Source of the DNA: Octopus sinensis
Lineage: Eukaryota
DNA: 39,850 nt
Direction: 5' to 3'
Assembly: GCF_006345805.1 (NCBI RefSeq)
Contig: NW_021835801.1
Span: 1-39,850 of the forward strand
In this document: piece after piece, positions 35,627 through 39,850 of the stretch
How the letters are laid out: every line of letters begins with the position of its first letter
How positions within the stretch are numbered: position 1 is the first letter of the stretch
Notes under the pieces: model-generated
Told to the model about the DNA's origin: nothing
Database searches by the model: none
The model's input: only the letters and a program-made list of their open reading frames with translations
Made by a program: the position numbers and the translations under genes

Positions 35627-36085
35627 GGCGCAGGAGTGGCTGTGTGGTAAGTAGCTTGCTAACCAACCACATAGTTCCGGGTTCAGTCCCACTGCGTGGC
35701 ATCTGAGCAAGTGTCGTCTGCTATAGCCCTGGGCCGACCAATGCCTTGTGAGTGGATTTGGTAGACGGAAACTGAAAGAAGCCTGTCGTATATATGTATA
35801 TATATATATATATATATATCTATATATTATATATATATATATATATTATATATATATATATGTATGTGTGTGTTTGTGTGTCTGTGTTTGTCCCCCTAGC
35901 ATTACTTGACAACCGATGCTGGTGTGTTTACGTCCCCGTTACTTAGCGGTTCGGCAAAAGAGACCGATAGAATAAGTACTGGGCTTACAAAAAATAAGTC
36001 CCGGGGTCGATTTGCTCGACTAAAGGCGGTGCTCCAGCATGGCCGCCGTCAAATGACTGAAACAAGTAAAAGAGTAAAAGAGAGT
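35627..36085 (+). mobile_element. SINE family A, full length
   Basis: Complete head, internal (TA)n, tail. Confidence 0.93.
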
Positions 36086-36690
36086 ATAATAATGTTCCAA
36101 TATACCTAGTCGCTGCAATATTTTGAGAGAAATCCAGAGCAAGTTTTCCAAGAAGTTCCCGAGAGTGAAAATGATTATAGTGAACGAAGCGTACATAGAC
36201 AAACACATTGTTTCCCTATAGAATTCAGCGTTAGCTGGAGTGACCAGAAGCCGAACAATCCTCAAGCCTTCCATCTGTGTAACTTCCTCCTGGACATATG
36301 TTATCACAAGAGTTAGATGTCCATTACTTAGAGGTAGTCTTGCGGTGCGCTGGCTCACCAGTGCAATTGTTAGATGGGTGTTAACACCTCACCAGGTTAT
36401 TCCGTTCTGTTGACAGATAATTTTTTTGTTGTTTTACTGGGTCTCTAGAAGCCCTCCTCGGTAAGTTTGATGGACGAACCAGTTTAGTTGCTGATGGCCT
36501 GTCGATAACTAGCTGTTAAAGAAGCTAAATAAATGTAATTCATTCAAAAGTGTAAATTATGTTGTGACAACGATAAATTTTCAATAAATCAAGCGATGTT
36601 GTTACAGCAATATTAAATTTAGCAATCCTTAGTTGGTTGTCAAACAAAATGATAGACAAAATGACAAACGTAAAAGTAATGTCCTAAATA

Positions 36691-37103
36691 GGCACAGGAG
36701 TGGTAAGTAGCTTGCTAACCAACCACATGGTTCCGGGTTCAGTCCCACTGCGTGGCATCTTGGGCAAGTGTCTTCTGCTATAGCCCCGGGCCGACCAATG
36801 CCTTGTGAGTGGATTTGGTAGACGGAAACTGAAAGAAGCCTGTCGTATATATGTATATATATATAAGTGTGTGTGTATATGTTTGTGTGCCTGTGTTTGT
36901 CCCCCTAGCATTGCTTGACAACCGATGCTGGTGTGTTTACGTCCCCGTCACTTAGCGGTTCGGCAAAAGAGACCGATTGAATAAGTACTGTGCTTACAAA
37001 GAATAAGTCCCGGGGTCGATTTGCTCGACTAAAGGCGGTGCTCCGGCATGGCCGCAGTCAAATGACTGAAACAAGTAAAAGAGTAGAAGAGAGAGTAAGA
37101 GTA
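36691..37103 (+). mobile_element. SINE family A
   Basis: As other copies; taaat on both flanks. Confidence 0.92.
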
Positions 37104-37412
37104 AATCGGCGATCACCCTCTTAAGTTTTGGTAGACATAAAATTAATTATCGGAAAAAAATTAAGCAACTCTGAACAGAATTTTGGTTCATATAGACTAA
37201 ACGAAGATATTTTAGAAAGGTTATTTATGCCACTAAATTTGTAAAATATGAGCCTTTGTTCATCGTAAACAATGTTTTTAATCCCGCATTAAAACAAAAT
37301 ATCTTCAGAGTTACCCATTATTTCCTGCTGTGTATGTATGTATGTATGTATGTATAGTATGTATGTATGTATGTATGTTAGTATGTATGTATGTATGTAT
37401 GTTAGTATGTAT

Positions 37413-37642
37413 GCGGCGAGCTGGCAGAAACGTTAGCACGTCGGGCGAAATGCTTAGCGGTATTTCGTCTGCGTTACGTTGTGAGTTCAAATTCCGCCCA
37501 GGTCGACTTTGCCTTTCATCCTTTCGGGGTCGATAAATTAAGTACCAGTTACGCACTGGGGTCGATGTAATCGACTTAATACCTATGTCTGTCCTTGTTT
37601 GTCCCCTCTGTGTTTAGCCCCTTGTGGGTAATAAAGAAATAA
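37413..37642 (+). mobile_element. SINE family B within (TATG)n
   Basis: Family B body; agtatgtatg on both sides. Confidence 0.92.
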
Positions 37643-37684
37643 GTATGTATGTATGTATGTATTATGTTTGTGTGTGCGTGTATT

Positions 37685-38410
37685 TATATGCCACTATCTC
37701 TTATTCCTCTCTGATTATTTCTATCAGTGGAGGCGCAATGGCCCAGTGGTTAGGGCAGCGGACTCGCGGTCATAGGATCGCGGTTTCGATTCCCAGACCG
37801 GGCGTTGTGAGTGTTTATTGAGCGAAAACACCTAAAGCTCCACGAGGCTCCGGCAGGGGATGGTGGTGATCCCTGCTGTACTCTTTCACCACAACTTTCT
37901 CTCACTCTTACTTCCTGTTTCTGTTGTACCTGTATTTCAAAGGGCCGGCCTTGTCACTCTCTGTGTCACGTTGAATATTCCCGAGAACTACGTTAAGGGT
38001 ACACGTGTCTGTGGAGTGCTCAGCCACTTACACGTTAATTTCACGAGCAGGCTGTTCCGTTGATTCGGATCAACCGGAACCCTCATCGTCGTAACCGACG
38101 TAGTGCTTCCACATTTCTATCAACTTTGTAGGTGTGTGGGATCTGATGTATCTGTGCATGTTAAATAGTCACAATTGTGTTTGTACGTGTTTCAGCCTCT
38201 TGTGTGAATGTGTCGACTGTTTAGTGTTTTGACAATCATGATTACATACGCGATAGAAGAAGGATATAATATTTAAAGAGTTCAATATTTTTCATTTATT
38301 ACATACGTTTCTATTTACGTATTTATACATGCATGTAAGTATATACTTATGCTTGTACATACACACACACACGCACGCACACATGTATACACATAAAGAC
38401 ACACACACAC

Positions 38411-38443
<33 letters not shown>

Positions 38444-39002
38444 ACATACACACACACATATAGAAATTCCATTATTTCATTTAATTTCTACAGCTGTTTC
38501 GACGGTTAATATCATAATCTACATAATTAATATATGAAAACAGATAATTCATTTGAACGTGCTGTCTGCCACGTTCAAACTGTTTCATGAGAAATACAAT
38601 TGAAAATGGAGATATCAGGAACATTCAATTTTCCGAGAAAGCATTTCATATCTTGAGATTTGCCTCCTTTTTCTTTGAAAGATGTTGACAAGTGTTATTG
38701 TACTTTTCTTTTCATTTTCTAACATAAAAAGTAATTTTCAGCTTATTGGGAATATTTTTGTATACGCCTTTCAGTACGTCAGTAGCTACTTGAAAGCAAG
38801 GTCGTTGATACAACAAAATAAAGGACAGTCGGCCAAAGAAAAACATTTATGCAGCATATAAATTCACACACGTACACGCAAATACACATACGTACGCACC
38901 CCCGCCATACACCACTGAATAGTTGCTGTCTTGCAGAGGTACCATCATCGCAACTGTGTTATACCATATGACTCTTACGACAATAAGAGATAGTGGCATA
39001 TA
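37685..39002. repeat. 21-bp perfect inverted repeats 1.3 kb apart
   Basis: tatatgccactatctcttatt (37685-37705) / aataagagatagtggcatata (38982-39002). Confidence 0.85.
37727..38112 (+). mobile_element. tRNA-derived SINE family C with 10-bp TSD
   Basis: A box TGGCCCAGTGG, B box GGTTTCGATTCC; TSD atttctatca at 37717-37726 and 38113-38122. Confidence 0.93.
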
Positions 39003-39097
39003 CATACACACACACACACACATACATACATACATACATACATACATACAAACACATACATACATACATACATACATACATACATACACACAGACAC

Positions 39098-39134
<37 letters not shown>

Positions 39135-39153
39135 ACACACACACACACACCAC
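39001..39153. repeat. (CA)n/(CATA)n microsatellite
   Basis: Directly visible tandem repeats. Confidence 0.95.
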
Positions 39154-39699
39154 AATTATAAATATATTTATTGTATATTTCATCGCTACTACGTATCAGT
39201 ATAGTGGTCATTTGCAAACTCCACTTTCATTCTCCTTAGACCTCACGTCACACAGCTGTTAATGTTTATTTCAGTTGGGTCACGCCCTTTCAATTGCTAT
39301 ACATTCGTAATGCATTTTACGGCTGTGTCTGTCACCTGGATGGTGAGGAATCCTACATTGGGAGGGGTAACGACTAGAGTACTATAGCTGACTGCTTATT
39401 GTGATCATTCGTCTTCTGGTTTCCTGTAGCTTTGCTCTCTTTTACAAACCCAGTGAACATATATTTCCTATTTCAAAGAAATTCAAACAATAGATATAAG
39501 ACCCAAGTTAAAAAAGATTCTCAACAATTCAACTTCTCTGGTTGACATTAAGATGCCCACCCCCAATAGGGGCCTTAACTGTCACATTTTAGAGCTCCAT
39601 GACCTCCATTTTTCTGGAAGAAAATCCTTTTAACAGGTTCAATAAGACTGGAATTTTGGAATCTGCACATAAAAATCAGTAGTATGGGATACATGTGGC

Positions 39700-39850
39700 A
39701 CGATTACAATTTTTTTAGGGTGTGTAAAGAGGGAAATAACCCTCATCTGCAATTTTGATGAAATTCGAAACATAGATATTCCAGCTCATTACAGAAGATA
39801 TAACAGAAAGGTCTAATTCTTCAATTGTATGTCACTCGGGCAACGCCGGG
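39700..39850 (+). mobile_element. Possible Helitron-like 3' region cut by the window edge
   Basis: Ends in the GC hairpin ctcgggcaacgccggg, like the subterminal hairpin that precedes CTAG; the terminus itself is not visible. Confidence 0.35.

Noticed and set aside
36020-36358. 112-aa partly hydrophobic ORF
   Set aside because: Non-ATG start, runs into a SINE tail, no recognisable motif.
37727-37805. tRNA-like sequences (also at 10593, 11277, 31345-31423, 35627)
   Set aside because: They continue into SINE bodies with tails or TSDs; no convincing standalone tRNA cloverleaf.

Overview
AT-rich eukaryotic DNA packed with microsatellites and transposon debris. The repeat content (very dense (TATG)n/(CA)n/(TA)n tracts, several abundant tRNA-derived SINE families) suggests an octopus/cephalopod genome; this is an inference, not a database match. 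No intact protein-coding gene could be supported, and most ORF-track entries are translated microsatellites. Recognisable elements: a full-length decayed Tc1 transposon with ~210-bp TIRs; an RTE LINE split in frame by a mariner element; two copies of an R4/Dong-like restriction-endonuclease retrotransposon sitting in (CATA)n; CR1-like LINE 3' ends; a Chapaev-like transposase fragment; a Gypsy/Ginger-like integrase remnant; Helitron/Helentron-like elements; mariner- and piggyBac-like MITEs; about 20 SINE copies; and a near-identical 1.75-kb tandem duplication joined at (CA)n tracts. The most interesting hidden signals are several Penelope-type hammerhead-ribozyme-like motifs, retroelements anchored in microsatellites, a candidate SINE/LINE pair sharing a 3' tail, SINE arrays joined at one fixed junction, and a duplicated TATA + splice-donor module 26 kb apart. 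All calls were made by eye; coordinates of degenerate elements are approximate.
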